A stretch of DNA of 64,000 bases, from positions 64,001-128,000 of the forward strand of contig CAXHZO010000002.1 of NCBI GenBank assembly GCA_964022095.1, in the 5' to 3' direction. Within the stretch, counting starts at the first letter, position 1. Each line of letters starts with the position of its first letter. This DNA comes from an uncultured Arcobacteraceae bacterium. Its GTDB lineage: Bacteria; Campylobacterota; Campylobacteria; Campylobacterales; Arcobacteraceae. The position numbers and the translations under genes are program-made. Of the stretch, positions 29,125 through 39,475 are shown piece after piece. The notes below the pieces were generated by a model. That model saw nothing but the letters and a program-made list of their open reading frames with translations. It was not told the DNA's origin and made no database searches.

Positions 29125-29913
29125 ATTATTTTAGATACACACTGTCATTTAGACAATGAAAAGTTTTATGAAGATATTGATGCTGTAATTAAAAATGCAC
29201 TTGACCATGGAGTTAAAGGTTTTTTAATTCCTGGTGCAGACTTTAAAGACTTACCTCAAGCTATTAAACTTGCAGAAAAGTATGATGAAGTATTTTTTTC
29301 AGTAGGAATTCATCCTTATGATTGTGATTCATATGATGAATCAGTCATGGAAAAGTATGTTAATCATCCTAAATGTATTGCAATAGGTGAATGTGGTTTA
29401 GATTATTTTAGACTTCCAGAAGACGAAGAAGAAAAAAAAGCTAATGTAGCAAAACAAAAAGAGGTCTTTATCTCTCAAATAGAGTTTGCTAAAAAAGTAA
29501 AAAAACCTTTAATTGTACATATTAGAGAAGCTTCAGATGATTCAAGAACAATTCTTATGGATTATAATGCAAAAGAAGTAGGAGGGGTTTTACACTGTTT
29601 TAATGCAAGTGAACATCTATTACCATTAGCAGATCATGGGTTTTATTATGGAATAGGCGGAGTTTTAACTTTTAAAAATGCGAAAAAATTAGTTGATGTA
29701 TTACCTAAAATCCCACAAGAAAAGTTAATAATTGAAACTGATGCACCATATTTAACCCCGCACCCTCATAGGGGAAAAAGAAATGAACCTTACTACACTG
29801 TTTTTGTTGCAGATAAAATGGCTGAATTACTTAATAAATCTAGAGATGAGATAGAAGAGTTAACTACAAACAATGCGATAAAATTATTTAATGAGTTTTC
29901 TAGTATATCTTAG
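29125..29913 (+). CDS. tatD: TatD family hydrolase, probable ATT start
   Basis: Open frame from 29125 encodes (M)ILDTHCHLD, VGIHP, IGECGLDY, IETDAPYL; the ORF track (29347) misses the N-terminal metal-binding HxH. Confidence 0.92.
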   Translation: MILDTHCHLDNEKFYEDIDAVIKNALDHGVKGFLIPGADFKDLPQAIKLAEKYDEVFFSVGIHPYDCDSYDESVMEKYVNHPKCIAIGECGLDYFRLPEDEEEKKANVAKQKEVFISQIEFAKKVKKPLIVHIREASDDSRTILMDYNAKEVGGVLHCFNASEHLLPLADHGFYYGIGGVLTFKNAKKLVDVLPKIPQEKLIIETDAPYLTPHPHRGKRNEPYYTVFVADKMAELLNKSRDEIEELTTNNAIKLFNEFSSIS

Positions 29914-29949
29914 ATAAAATATATACTATTTCAAATTTTAGGAAACTCA

Positions 29950-31302
29950 TTGAAAAAAACTTTTGTACTATTTTTTTTCACATTAAATATTTTATATGCT
30001 AACATAAATTTAAATTATTCATCAAAAGATTTAAAAATATTAAAAAATTTAGATATTAATGAATCTTTTTTATATGATAAAGAATTGAAATTAATTTTTG
30101 AGAAATACTCTAGAAAGTCTCATTTAAGAACATATGTAAAAAATATTAAAAATGCGAAACATTATGTATCATCAATTGAAAATATTATTGAAGAAGAAAA
30201 CTTACCTAAAGAATTACTATTTATGCCAATGGCAGAATCAAATTTTAAAGTAAATGTTAAATCAAATGCAAAAGCTGCTGGTATTTGGCAGTTTATTCCA
30301 AGAACTGCAGAAAAATTTAAATTAAGAAATGATGATTATGTAGATGAAAGATTAGACTTTATTAAATCTACTAAAGCTGCAATAAGTTACTTAAAAGAGA
30401 ATCATAATCGTTTTGATAAGTGGTATTTATCAGTTTTAGCTTATAACTGTGGCGAAGGCAGAGTTATTGAAGCCATCACTAGAGCAAAAATAGATAAATA
30501 TGTAATGTTAAATCCAGAAAAAAAGAACTCAAAAACAATAAAAGATTTTAGAAAGACTTTAAAAGAGTTTTTTGAAACAAAAAAGAATTTTAATAAAGTA
30601 AATAAAATTTATAAGAAAGTTTCTAAATGGAATATTAAATTAACAGCAACTGATCTTATGAATGTTCAAGATAGAATTTTTAGACAGTACTTACCACAAG
30701 AGAGTAGAATTTATTTAAAAAAGATTCTTGCTTTTAACATGCTTGGTAATCGAAATTTTTATGAAAAAGAACCTTTATTTAAAAAAACAAATGAAGTTGT
30801 TACAGTTCAAGCTAATGGGGGCTTACATATAAGAGATATTGCTAATAGTATTAACATTGATTCAAAAAAATTAAAAAAATTAAATTTACATTTAAAAGAA
30901 GATATATTACCAAATAATGTAAAACTTTATGACATAAATATTTTAGAAAATAAAGTTAGTTTATTTAATAAAAACATTTCAAAGATTGAAAATAAATCAT
31001 TTACGATACATAAAGTAAAAAGTGGTGAAACATTGTCTTCTATTGGAAGAAAGTATAAGATTAGATATGGAATAATTAAAGATTATAATGAAATGAAAAA
31101 TAATAGATTAAAAGTTAATCAAGAACTTATTATTCCAGTTAAAAGAGAATATTTAGTTCATAAAGTTGAAAGTGGAGATACTCTTTACGATTTAGCAAAA
31201 GAATATAATATTACGTACAAAAGAATAAAAGAGAAAAATGATTTAAAAACAAATAGGCTTTCTATAAATCAAAAGCTTATAATACCAATTGCTAATAATT
31301 AA
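29950..31302 (+). CDS. mltD: Lytic murein transglycosylase D-like protein with two LysM domains
   Basis: MAESNF, AAGIWQFIP, LAYNCG, HKVKSGETL and HKVESGDTL. Confidence 0.9.
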   Translation: MKKTFVLFFFTLNILYANINLNYSSKDLKILKNLDINESFLYDKELKLIFEKYSRKSHLRTYVKNIKNAKHYVSSIENIIEEENLPKELLFMPMAESNFKVNVKSNAKAAGIWQFIPRTAEKFKLRNDDYVDERLDFIKSTKAAISYLKENHNRFDKWYLSVLAYNCGEGRVIEAITRAKIDKYVMLNPEKKNSKTIKDFRKTLKEFFETKKNFNKVNKIYKKVSKWNIKLTATDLMNVQDRIFRQYLPQESRIYLKKILAFNMLGNRNFYEKEPLFKKTNEVVTVQANGGLHIRDIANSINIDSKKLKKLNLHLKEDILPNNVKLYDINILENKVSLFNKNISKIENKSFTIHKVKSGETLSSIGRKYKIRYGIIKDYNEMKNNRLKVNQELIIPVKREYLVHKVESGDTLYDLAKEYNITYKRIKEKNDLKTNRLSINQKLIIPIANN

Positions 31303-31314
31303 CAGGAGATAGAT

Positions 31315-32211
31315 TTGAATAGTATATTAAAAAACTTTGTTTATACATTTTTTATGATTATAATTTTAGGATTAGTTTTCACTGGATGTTCATCTAAGAA
31401 AACAAAACTTGCAAGTAATTCTACAATTAATAAATTTTATAAGAATACTAACAACACTAAAATAAAAAATTCAAAAAACATGCATAAATATACATTAAGA
31501 CCTTATAGTGTGTTCGGGATTAGATATTATCCTTTTGTAGCTAATGTTGGAGATCAATTTAGAGGAATTGCATCTTGGTATGGCCCAGATTTTCATGCAA
31601 AAAAAACTTCAAATGGTGAAATTTACAATATGTACGCTTTAACAGCAGCACATAAAACACTGCCTATGAATACAGTAGTAAGAGTTGATAATCTTGAAAA
31701 TGGTAAATCTGTAGTTGTTAGAATTAATGATAGAGGGCCTTTTGTAAGAGGTAGAATTATTGATTTATCAAATAAAGCAGCCCATGCAATTGATATGGTT
31801 AGAAAAGGCACAGCTAAAGTAAAAGTTACTGTATTGGGGTATAATGGAGAAATAGAAAACTATAATGCACCAATAATGGCAACAACTCCTAAACCAGTTG
31901 TAGTAAAAAAAGAGAAAAAAGTAACTCAAGTTGAGCCTTTAAAACCATTAAAAATAAAAAGTAATGTTACTCCTGTTTTAGATGGTAATTATAGTTTACA
32001 ATTAGGTGCTTTTTCACAAGCTAGTGGAGCAATAAGTACTAGGGATAAATATCAGAGTTTATATCCATCTAATAAAGTTGAGGCAATTAGAATCTTCTCA
32101 AATGGTAAATACTATTTCAAAGTATTTATTAGAGGGTTCTCTTCAAAATATGATGCTGATGTATTTAAATTAGAAAATGGTTTAAATAGTTCAATGATAG
32201 TAAAAGATTAA
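31315..32211 (+). CDS. rlpA: Septal ring lytic transglycosylase RlpA lipoprotein with SPOR domain
   Basis: Lipobox [32 protein letters not shown]. Confidence 0.95.
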   Translation: MNSILKNFVYTFFMIIILGLVFTGCSSKKTKLASNSTINKFYKNTNNTKIKNSKNMHKYTLRPYSVFGIRYYPFVANVGDQFRGIASWYGPDFHAKKTSNGEIYNMYALTAAHKTLPMNTVVRVDNLENGKSVVVRINDRGPFVRGRIIDLSNKAAHAIDMVRKGTAKVKVTVLGYNGEIENYNAPIMATTPKPVVVKKEKKVTQVEPLKPLKIKSNVTPVLDGNYSLQLGAFSQASGAISTRDKYQSLYPSNKVEAIRIFSNGKYYFKVFIRGFSSKYDADVFKLENGLNSSMIVKD

Positions 32212-32222
32212 GGAAAAAATTA

Positions 32223-32795
32223 ATGGTAGAAGTTAATAGAAAAACAAAAGAAACAGATATTAAATGTAAAATAGATATTAATGGAACAGGTAAATCTAAT
32301 ATAAATACAGGTGTTGGTTTTTTTGACCATATGCTAGAAGCTTTATCAAAACATAGTGGAGTAGATATTAATTTATCATGCGATGGTGATTTACATATCG
32401 ATGCTCATCATACAGTAGAAGATTGTGGTATTGTTTTAGGAAAAGCCCTTAAACAAGAGATTTTCCCTATTGAAGCAGTTGAAAGATATGGAAATGCAAC
32501 AGTTGTTATGGATGAAGCTTCTACTACATGTGCTTTAGATTTATCTAATAGACCTTTTTTAGTATATGAAGTAAATGTAAGTGGAAAAGTAGGTGATTTT
32601 GATGTAGAACTTGCAGAAGAGTTTTTCCATGCCCTTTCTGGAAATGCTGGGCTTACTGTTCATATTATAAATGAAAGAGGAAGAAATAAACATCATATTT
32701 TAGAAGCAAGTTTCAAAGCATTTGCAGTTGCCTTAAGACGTGCATTAGTAAAAAATGAAAAATTGGGAATCCCTAGTACTAAAGGTGTTTTATGA
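32223..32795 (+). CDS. hisB: Imidazoleglycerol-phosphate dehydratase
   Basis: RKTKETDI, GFFDHML, HHTVED, NKHHILE, PSTKGVL. Confidence 0.98.
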   Translation: MVEVNRKTKETDIKCKIDINGTGKSNINTGVGFFDHMLEALSKHSGVDINLSCDGDLHIDAHHTVEDCGIVLGKALKQEIFPIEAVERYGNATVVMDEASTTCALDLSNRPFLVYEVNVSGKVGDFDVELAEEFFHALSGNAGLTVHIINERGRNKHHILEASFKAFAVALRRALVKNEKLGIPSTKGVL

Positions 32796-33289
32796 TTAAG
32801 TTAATTGTTTTAGATGTAGATGGTACATTAACTGATGGAAAAATCACATATTCTAATAGTGGAGAAGAGACTAAGTCTTTTGATGTAGCAGATGGTTTAG
32901 CAATTGCTGTTTGGACTAAAAAGTTTGGAAATAAAGCTGCAATTATTACTGGAAGAAACTCTTCAATTGTTGAAAAAAGAGCAAAGGAATTACAAATATC
33001 TCATCTTCATCAAGGCATTAAAAATAAACAAGAAGTTTTAGAAAAAATCCTAGAAGAAGAGGGTATTGATTGGTCTGAAGTTGCAGCTATTGGTGATGAT
33101 TTAAATGATTATCATATGCTAAAAAAAGCTGGACTTTCATTTACTCCTGCAAATGGCAGTCATTACATCAAAGATATTGTAAATGTAGTTTGTGAAAACA
33201 AAGGTGGGCAAGGTGCTGTTAGAGAGATGATGGAGTATATTTATAAAGAAGATGGATTAGAAGAGGATTTTCTTAACGCATGGATATAA
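32792..33289 (+). CDS. kdsC: KDO 8-phosphate phosphatase
   Basis: LDVDGTLTDG, AIITGR, IGDDLND, GGQGAVRE. Confidence 0.95.
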   Translation: MIKLIVLDVDGTLTDGKITYSNSGEETKSFDVADGLAIAVWTKKFGNKAAIITGRNSSIVEKRAKELQISHLHQGIKNKQEVLEKILEEEGIDWSEVAAIGDDLNDYHMLKKAGLSFTPANGSHYIKDIVNVVCENKGGQGAVREMMEYIYKEDGLEEDFLNAWI

Positions 33290-33810
33290 AGCTATTTATC
33301 ACTGCACTTTTAGGTGTTTCTGCAATTGCATATTTTATTCCAGTTGAAAACATGAAGAAAGTTAGTGCAGATAAAGATATACCATTAGTAATTTTTGAAA
33401 AACCACTAATGTATACTTTAACACAAGAGGGTGTTAATAGAATTATCAAGTCATCACAAGCTGTTAGATATAATAGTAGAGATGAACTATTTGATGCAAA
33501 TATATTAATAAAAAATGAAGAGCAAAAGAAAGATTTTCAAATAGAAAAGTTCAATGCTGATATAATTATAAAAAAAGATAATTTGTACAAATTAGTTGAT
33601 AATGTTGAATATCAAAGAGATAGTTTTGTATCTTTAAAAACAAATCAAATGTTTTATAATGATGATGAAAATATAGTTTACAATAGTAAGCCATTTGAAG
33701 GTTATTACTATGACAGTAAATTAAAAGGTACAGACTTATATTTAGATTTAAACAACAAAACTTTAAATGCAAAAAATACTCATTTTGAAATAGATATGAA
33801 AAAGAAATAA
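33280..33810 (+). CDS. lptC: LPS export protein LptC-like
   Basis: N-terminal TM plus beta-rich periplasmic domain, located between kdsC and lptA. Confidence 0.7.
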   Translation: MDIKLFITALLGVSAIAYFIPVENMKKVSADKDIPLVIFEKPLMYTLTQEGVNRIIKSSQAVRYNSRDELFDANILIKNEEQKKDFQIEKFNADIIIKKDNLYKLVDNVEYQRDSFVSLKTNQMFYNDDENIVYNSKPFEGYYYDSKLKGTDLYLDLNNKTLNAKNTHFEIDMKKK

Positions 33811-33819
33811 AGGAAAAAA

Positions 33820-34296
33820 ATGAAATACTTAGCTGGTTTGGTTATAAGTTCAGCACTTTTATTTGGTGCAAGTGAACAGTTGATAATAGATGCAAAAAAC
33901 TTTGAAGCAAGTGATAAAAAAGGTGTTTCGTCTTTTAGTGGAAATGTGAAAATTCAAATGGGTAAAGATAAATTAAATGCTGATAGAGTAAGTGTTTTTT
34001 TTAGTTCAAATGGTAAAACACCAACTAAATATGAAGCTTTTGGTAATGTAAATTTTGAGTTAAATACTAAAACAAAAAAGTACATTGGAAAGGGTAATAA
34101 AGTAGTTTATTCTCCTTTAAAAGAAGAGTATACGATTCTAGGGAATGGTTTTTTACAAGAAAAAAATGATGATAGAAAAATATATGGTGAAAAAATATAT
34201 GTAAACCAATTAAGTGGTGAAGCAAAAGTTAGTGGTAGTGAAAATAAACCAGTAAGATTTATTATAAATGTAGAAAGAGGACAGGGTAATAATTAA
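33820..34296 (+). CDS. lptA: LPS transport periplasmic protein LptA
   Basis: Signal peptide, FSGNVKI, LNADRV, GEKIYVN, PVRFII (OstA-like). Confidence 0.88.
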   Translation: MKYLAGLVISSALLFGASEQLIIDAKNFEASDKKGVSSFSGNVKIQMGKDKLNADRVSVFFSSNGKTPTKYEAFGNVNFELNTKTKKYIGKGNKVVYSPLKEEYTILGNGFLQEKNDDRKIYGEKIYVNQLSGEAKVSGSENKPVRFIINVERGQGNN

Positions 34297-34907
34297 TGAA
34301 AATAGTTGATGCACAATTTTTACAATCAGCACAAAGTGTAAATGATTCACCAAGTCCTGATAGAGCAGAAGTGGCTTTTTTAGGAAGATCAAATGTTGGA
34401 AAGTCTTCACTATTAAATACATTAACAAATAGAAAAGGTTTAGCTAAATCTTCTTCAACACCAGGGAAGACACAACTTATTAATTATTTTGAAATTAAGT
34501 TTAAAACACAAAATGAAGAGTTGCCATATCTTTATGCTAGATTTGTAGATTTACCTGGATTTGGTTATGCAAAAGTTGCAAAAACACTAAAAGCAGCATG
34601 GAATAAAAATCTAACTGGATATTTAGAACAAAGACCAAATTTACAGATCTTTGTACATTTAATCGATTCAAGACATCCTGAGTTAGCTATTGATAAAAAT
34701 GTTGATTCATTTTTAGAAGAGATAAAAAGAGGTGACCAGATTATAATTCATGCTTTTACAAAAATTGATAAATTAAAACAAAATGATTTACAGAAATTAA
34801 AAAGAGCATATCCAGAAGGAATCTTTATTTCAAATCTTAAAAAACGTGGTATGATAGACTTACAAAATAGAATTACAGGATATTTATTTGGAAATCAAAT
34901 TTTATAA
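34296..34907 (+). CDS. engB: Ribosome biogenesis GTPase YihA/YsxC
   Basis: GRSNVGKSS, STPGKTQ, DLPGFGYA, TKIDK. Confidence 0.97.
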   Translation: MKIVDAQFLQSAQSVNDSPSPDRAEVAFLGRSNVGKSSLLNTLTNRKGLAKSSSTPGKTQLINYFEIKFKTQNEELPYLYARFVDLPGFGYAKVAKTLKAAWNKNLTGYLEQRPNLQIFVHLIDSRHPELAIDKNVDSFLEEIKRGDQIIIHAFTKIDKLKQNDLQKLKRAYPEGIFISNLKKRGMIDLQNRITGYLFGNQIL

Positions 34908-35349
34908 GCCAACTGTGGCTGATATTTCTACTATGCAAGAACTCGTAAAAGAGGAAGTAGAAAATGGAAATATTTTACTAAGAACAGAAGATGAAATGGC
35001 TACAACTATTAGATCATATACAATAGCTTCTGTTGATGGAAAAATGGCTGGTTTTACAGCAACTCACATTCACTCTCCAAGACTAGCTGAAATTAGAAGT
35101 TTAGTAGTAGGAAAAGATTTTCGAGGTTTAAAACTTGGGAAGAAACTTGTAGAAGCTTGTATAAGTGAAGCGAAATCTTATGGTATTGAGCAAGTATTAT
35201 CACTAACTTATGAAAAAGGTTTCTTTGAAAGCTGTGGATTTAAAGAGATCTCAAAAGAAGAGATTCCTGAACATAAGATTTGGGCAGATTGTATTAGATG
35301 TAAGCACTTTCCAATTTGTGATGAAGTTGCAATGGTTATTGATTTATAA
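34888..35349 (+). CDS. GNAT N-acetyltransferase, short ArgA-like N-acetylglutamate synthase
   Basis: LAEIRSLVV, RGLKLG, LSLTY..FF, KIWADCIRCKHFPICDE; TTG start. Confidence 0.8.
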   Translation: MEIKFYKPTVADISTMQELVKEEVENGNILLRTEDEMATTIRSYTIASVDGKMAGFTATHIHSPRLAEIRSLVVGKDFRGLKLGKKLVEACISEAKSYGIEQVLSLTYEKGFFESCGFKEISKEEIPEHKIWADCIRCKHFPICDEVAMVIDL

Positions 35350-35373
35350 ACTAAATAGGATTAAGTAAATACC

Positions 35374-35652
35374 TTAATCCTTTAGTTTCAGTCTTAAATA
35401 CACTTTATATTTTAGTTGATCTAGTTTAATGGATAGATCTTCAATATTTTTAGCATCTAATAACACTAACATTTTTTTATAATCTCTGATTTTTTCATCA
35501 GTAATATCAACAATTAATAAATCTTTACTTGAAAATGACTTACAATTAACAACATCAATCATCTCTTGAATACTATCTTTTGTTACTTTTTTGTAAAGTC
35601 TTCCTTTTCTATGATAAACTTTATCAAAGTATCCTTGTTCTTCAAAACTCAT
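35374..35652 (-). CDS. Hypothetical protein
   Basis: 92-aa ORF with SD AAGGTG; fills the gap between genes. Confidence 0.65.
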   Translation of the reverse strand: MSFEEQGYFDKVYHRKGRLYKKVTKDSIQEMIDVVNCKSFSSKDLLIVDITDEKIRDYKKMLVLLDAKNIEDLSIKLDQLKYKVYLRLKLKD

Positions 35653-35685
35653 TATTACACCTTTTTGTTAAATATTTTATAAGTT

Positions 35686-36180
35686 TTATTTAGCCCACCA
35701 CAATTTTAGTTTTAGACTAAAGCTAGAAGTATATCCTACATCACTAAACTTTAAATTTCCATTTTTATCATAAATTAATGTTGTTGGATAAGCTTTAATA
35801 TTAAATCTATATGCAAAATCATTGTAGATATCATCAATTACTTTAAATGAAAAGCCATTTTCTTTTAAATAGTTTTCTATCTCTTTTTTTGTTCCTGATT
35901 GACTTGCTATTGTGATAACTTGATAATTTTTTGATAATTCTTGAATATTTGGTGATTGAAATTTACAAATAGGGCACCATGTAGCCCAAAAGTATATAAG
36001 TAAGGGTTTATCCTTAGATACTGTATGATTTGAACCATCAATAAGCTCAAAAGCTTCATATGGAAATTTTTCTTTATTTAAATCTTGTGATTTATAATAA
36101 CTTATTACATTTAGTGCAATTATTATGATAATTGAGTATTTAACAATCTCTTTTATATATTTTTTTACTTTTTCATTCAT
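35686..36180 (-). CDS. Membrane-anchored thioredoxin-like redoxin (TlpA/ScsD-like)
   Basis: FWATWCPIC, cis-Pro motif AYPTT, N-terminal TM. Confidence 0.9.
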   Translation of the reverse strand: MNEKVKKYIKEIVKYSIIIIIALNVISYYKSQDLNKEKFPYEAFELIDGSNHTVSKDKPLLIYFWATWCPICKFQSPNIQELSKNYQVITIASQSGTKKEIENYLKENGFSFKVIDDIYNDFAYRFNIKAYPTTLIYDKNGNLKFSDVGYTSSFSLKLKLWWAK

Positions 36181-36224
36181 GAAATGATTTTAGCTTTTTT
36201 ATATACAGAGATTGTTAAATGTAT

Positions 36225-37883
36225 TTATAAAATCTTTTTTAACTGACTTTTAATAGTCACTGGTACAAAAAACATAGAAACTACATAAGAGATCAAAGTA
36301 CCTCCAATAAGAGCAACTCCTAGTCCTCCAAATACAGCATCAGTTGCAAGTAATGATGAAGCAAATACCATTGTTAAAACAGTTAGAATAATAGGCTTTG
36401 ATCTTTGTGCTGTTGCTTGTGCTATTGCTTCATTTATTCCCATTCCTTCTTCTTTTACTAATTGTTTTGAGAAATCAATAATAAGTGTTGAGTTTCTTGA
36501 GTTTATTCCAATTAATCCTATAAACCCTATAAGTGAAGTTGCTGTTAAATAAAAAGTATCAGTAGTAATTAAATCCATAACAATATGTGCAAAAATTACT
36601 CCGATAATAGAGACAAAACTAGCTAATACAATACCACCTGAAATAGCAAAGCTTTTATAATACATTACCATTAAAAAGAAAATCAATACAAGTGCGATAA
36701 TAAATGCTCCACCTAAATCTCTAAATGTATCTAATGTAACTTTTAATTCACCATCAAAAACTAGCTCAAATCTTTCATTTGTATTTTTATCTACAAAAGC
36801 TAGATTTAGCATATTTGTTTTGATAACTTCATAATCTTTTGATAGATCTTCTAACATATCATTTCTGGCATCTAATAGTGGATATATTTGGCTATCTTTA
36901 TTTGTTTCTGCAATTACATTTATCATTTGATTTAAGTTTTTAGATGTAATTGTTGGCTCTTTTACTATTTCTTTTATTGTTACAAACTCAGAAATACTTA
37001 CTGTAAAACCTTGGTTATTTACTACTTTTAGCGTTTGAAGTCTATTTAGTAAATCTTCTTTTGAAGATTTATTTAAAAGCCTACTATCATCAAGTCTTAA
37101 AAATATTGGTATTTGATTTTCTGCATTGTTCTCATTTATAACTGAAATCTCCATACCTTCATAGGCTAAAAATAGTATATTTTTAATTTGCTCCAAACTA
37201 ACAGCACTTTTTATAGCTTTATTATTATCAAGCTCTAACTCATACATAGTATAGTCATCATCTGCCATAACATCAATATCTACTAAAGTTGCTTGTTTTT
37301 CAAGTATTTTTGCAATTTTCTTTGAAAAGTCTCTTCTATTTTCAAAACTATTTCCACCATAGATTTCTGCAACTATTGAAGCCAAGACAGGAGGCCCTGC
37401 TGGAAGTTCAATTAATTTTATAGTTGCTTCATAATCTGTACATTTTTTTTGAATATTTTTTCGCAAGCTTGATACTAAATTATAACTTGTGATATCTCTA
37501 TTTTCAGCTTTTTTAATATTTACCATAATTTCAGCTTGAGATTCTTTATCTTTTAGTGCACTTTGTTTTACTAATGCTGCAAAATCTAGGGGCTGACCTT
37601 CACCTAAAAACACTGAAATATTTGTTACATTTTCATTTCTTTGAAGCTCATTTGAGATACATCTGGTTACCTCTTTTGTTTGATTAATACTTGAGCCGTC
37701 TTTTAAATCAACATACACAGAAAAGCTATTCGAGTCTTTACTTGGTAGCATTTTTGCTTTTACTATTTCAGTTGGAAAAGTGGCTACTGAAAGTATAAAT
37801 AAAACTAAAGTGATAAGATAGACCATTAAAGATTTTGATTTACTATTTAAAATACTTAATATAAATTTTTCTAATTTCATCAC
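36225..37883 (-). CDS. RND efflux permease, C-terminal half (TM7-12)
   Basis: PAGPPV, GLIGINSRNSTLIIDF, RSKPIILT; own SD AGGA and GTG/ATG start. Confidence 0.88.
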   Translation of the reverse strand: MMKLEKFILSILNSKSKSLMVYLITLVLFILSVATFPTEIVKAKMLPSKDSNSFSVYVDLKDGSSINQTKEVTRCISNELQRNENVTNISVFLGEGQPLDFAALVKQSALKDKESQAEIMVNIKKAENRDITSYNLVSSLRKNIQKKCTDYEATIKLIELPAGPPVLASIVAEIYGGNSFENRRDFSKKIAKILEKQATLVDIDVMADDDYTMYELELDNNKAIKSAVSLEQIKNILFLAYEGMEISVINENNAENQIPIFLRLDDSRLLNKSSKEDLLNRLQTLKVVNNQGFTVSISEFVTIKEIVKEPTITSKNLNQMINVIAETNKDSQIYPLLDARNDMLEDLSKDYEVIKTNMLNLAFVDKNTNERFELVFDGELKVTLDTFRDLGGAFIIALVLIFFLMVMYYKSFAISGGIVLASFVSIIGVIFAHIVMDLITTDTFYLTATSLIGFIGLIGINSRNSTLIIDFSKQLVKEEGMGINEAIAQATAQRSKPIILTVLTMVFASSLLATDAVFGGLGVALIGGTLISYVVSMFFVPVTIKSQLKKIL

Positions 37884-37889
37884 TTAATC

Positions 37890-39467
37890 CTATAAAAATT
37901 TCTTAACAAAATATGGCATAAATGCATAAGCAACAAATAGTGAAACTACAAGTGATATAGGCACAAATACAGGAAGAGGGTGCATAAACTGACCCATCAT
38001 CCCACCAACAAAAAACATTGGTATAAATGTCATTATAATTGCTACTGTTGCAATATTAGTTGCATTTCCTATTTCATTTGTAGCATTTATAGATATAACT
38101 TTTATATCTGCATCTAGGCTTAATTGTCTGTGTCTGTGAATATTTTCAATTACTATAATTGCAGCATCTACTAACATTCCCAAACTTACAATAAGTGCAA
38201 ATAGTGTGATTCTATTTACTGTTTCATCAATCATAAACCCAATAAATAGTGTCAATGATAAAATCATAGGAACAGCAAGTGATACAACCATTGCTTCTTT
38301 AAACCCAAGTGTAAAGATAAGTAAAATTGCTATAATTACAATTGAGATTAACAAGTTTTGAACTAAACTATTAACTGCATTATTTGCTGTATATCCATCA
38401 TCTCTAGTAATTGTATATTTTATGTTTTTATTTAGTAGTTCTTGTTGTATGCTATTCATATATTCAAATACTTTTTCATTGATTGTTACTGAGTTTGCAC
38501 CCTTTAGTTTTGAAACTGTCATTGTAAGTTGTTGAAGTTCTTCATATTTTTCATCTTTATCTTTTTGGTAAAGTAAGGCTTCTTTTTTATTTTGAATATC
38601 GAAGCTTCTATTAACGCTAGCTATATTTTTTAGATAAACAGGAACTCCAAAGTTATATGAAACAATGATATTTTCTATATCACTAGCACTTTCAATTGCT
38701 TGTTTTATTCCAAATATTACTATTGAGTTACCTTTTGTATTACCTTTAATACTTGGTGTTTTATATGAAAGAGATTGAATTTGTTTCATAACTTGCCCAA
38801 GGGATAGATTATAAGCTGAAAGTTTATTTGAATCTACTAATACATTGTATTGCTCTTTTTTCTCACCTTTTAAATCAACTAAGGCTACATTATCAATTTT
38901 ATTTATTTCTTTAGTGATTTTATTTACTTGTTTGTAAAGTTCTGTTTGACTTACTAGGTCAACTCCATCTTTTTTTGCTGAATAAAAAGCAATTGTAGCT
39001 ATTGGAATATCTGTATCAATATCCATTGTTTTAATAATAGGTTGCATAGCACCAGTTGGCATTAAATCCATATTTCTCATAACTTGGTCATATAGTTTTA
39101 AATTTGATTCTTCTTTATCTTGACCTATGTAGTATTGAGCTTGAACAATTCCAACTGAATCTTTTGCATAAGAGTAGATATTTTCAACACCTTTTATCTC
39201 TTTTATTTTCTTTTCAAGTGGTTCAATTATTACTTTTTGAATCTCACTTGGTTTTGCTCCAGGAAGTGCGACAATAACTGCACCTCCACTTACTTTAATT
39301 TGAGGGTTCTCTTCCCTTGGCATAAATACAAGTGAAATATATCCAAGAGCAAGAATGAAAAATCCTAAAATTAGTGTTAAAGGATGATCTATAAATCCAC
39401 TTGCAAGTTTTCCTGCAATGTTTTGTTTTTTTTCTATTTTATTAGCAAATTTTTTTTCGTCGTGCAT
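37890..39467 (-). CDS. RND efflux permease, N-terminal half (TM1-6)
   Basis: PREENPQI, LPGA, NRITLFAL, LGMLVDAAIIVIENI, FVGGMMGQFM. Confidence 0.88.
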   Translation of the reverse strand: MHDEKKFANKIEKKQNIAGKLASGFIDHPLTLILGFFILALGYISLVFMPREENPQIKVSGGAVIVALPGAKPSEIQKVIIEPLEKKIKEIKGVENIYSYAKDSVGIVQAQYYIGQDKEESNLKLYDQVMRNMDLMPTGAMQPIIKTMDIDTDIPIATIAFYSAKKDGVDLVSQTELYKQVNKITKEINKIDNVALVDLKGEKKEQYNVLVDSNKLSAYNLSLGQVMKQIQSLSYKTPSIKGNTKGNSIVIFGIKQAIESASDIENIIVSYNFGVPVYLKNIASVNRSFDIQNKKEALLYQKDKDEKYEELQQLTMTVSKLKGANSVTINEKVFEYMNSIQQELLNKNIKYTITRDDGYTANNAVNSLVQNLLISIVIIAILLIFTLGFKEAMVVSLAVPMILSLTLFIGFMIDETVNRITLFALIVSLGMLVDAAIIVIENIHRHRQLSLDADIKVISINATNEIGNATNIATVAIIMTFIPMFFVGGMMGQFMHPLPVFVPISLVVSLFVAYAFMPYFVKKFL

Positions 39468-39475
39468 TTATTAGC

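Noticed and set aside
37884-37892. Stop-codon readthrough or pseudogene at the RND junction
   Set aside because: Two different stops in tandem, an SD and start for the second half, and both halves otherwise intact.
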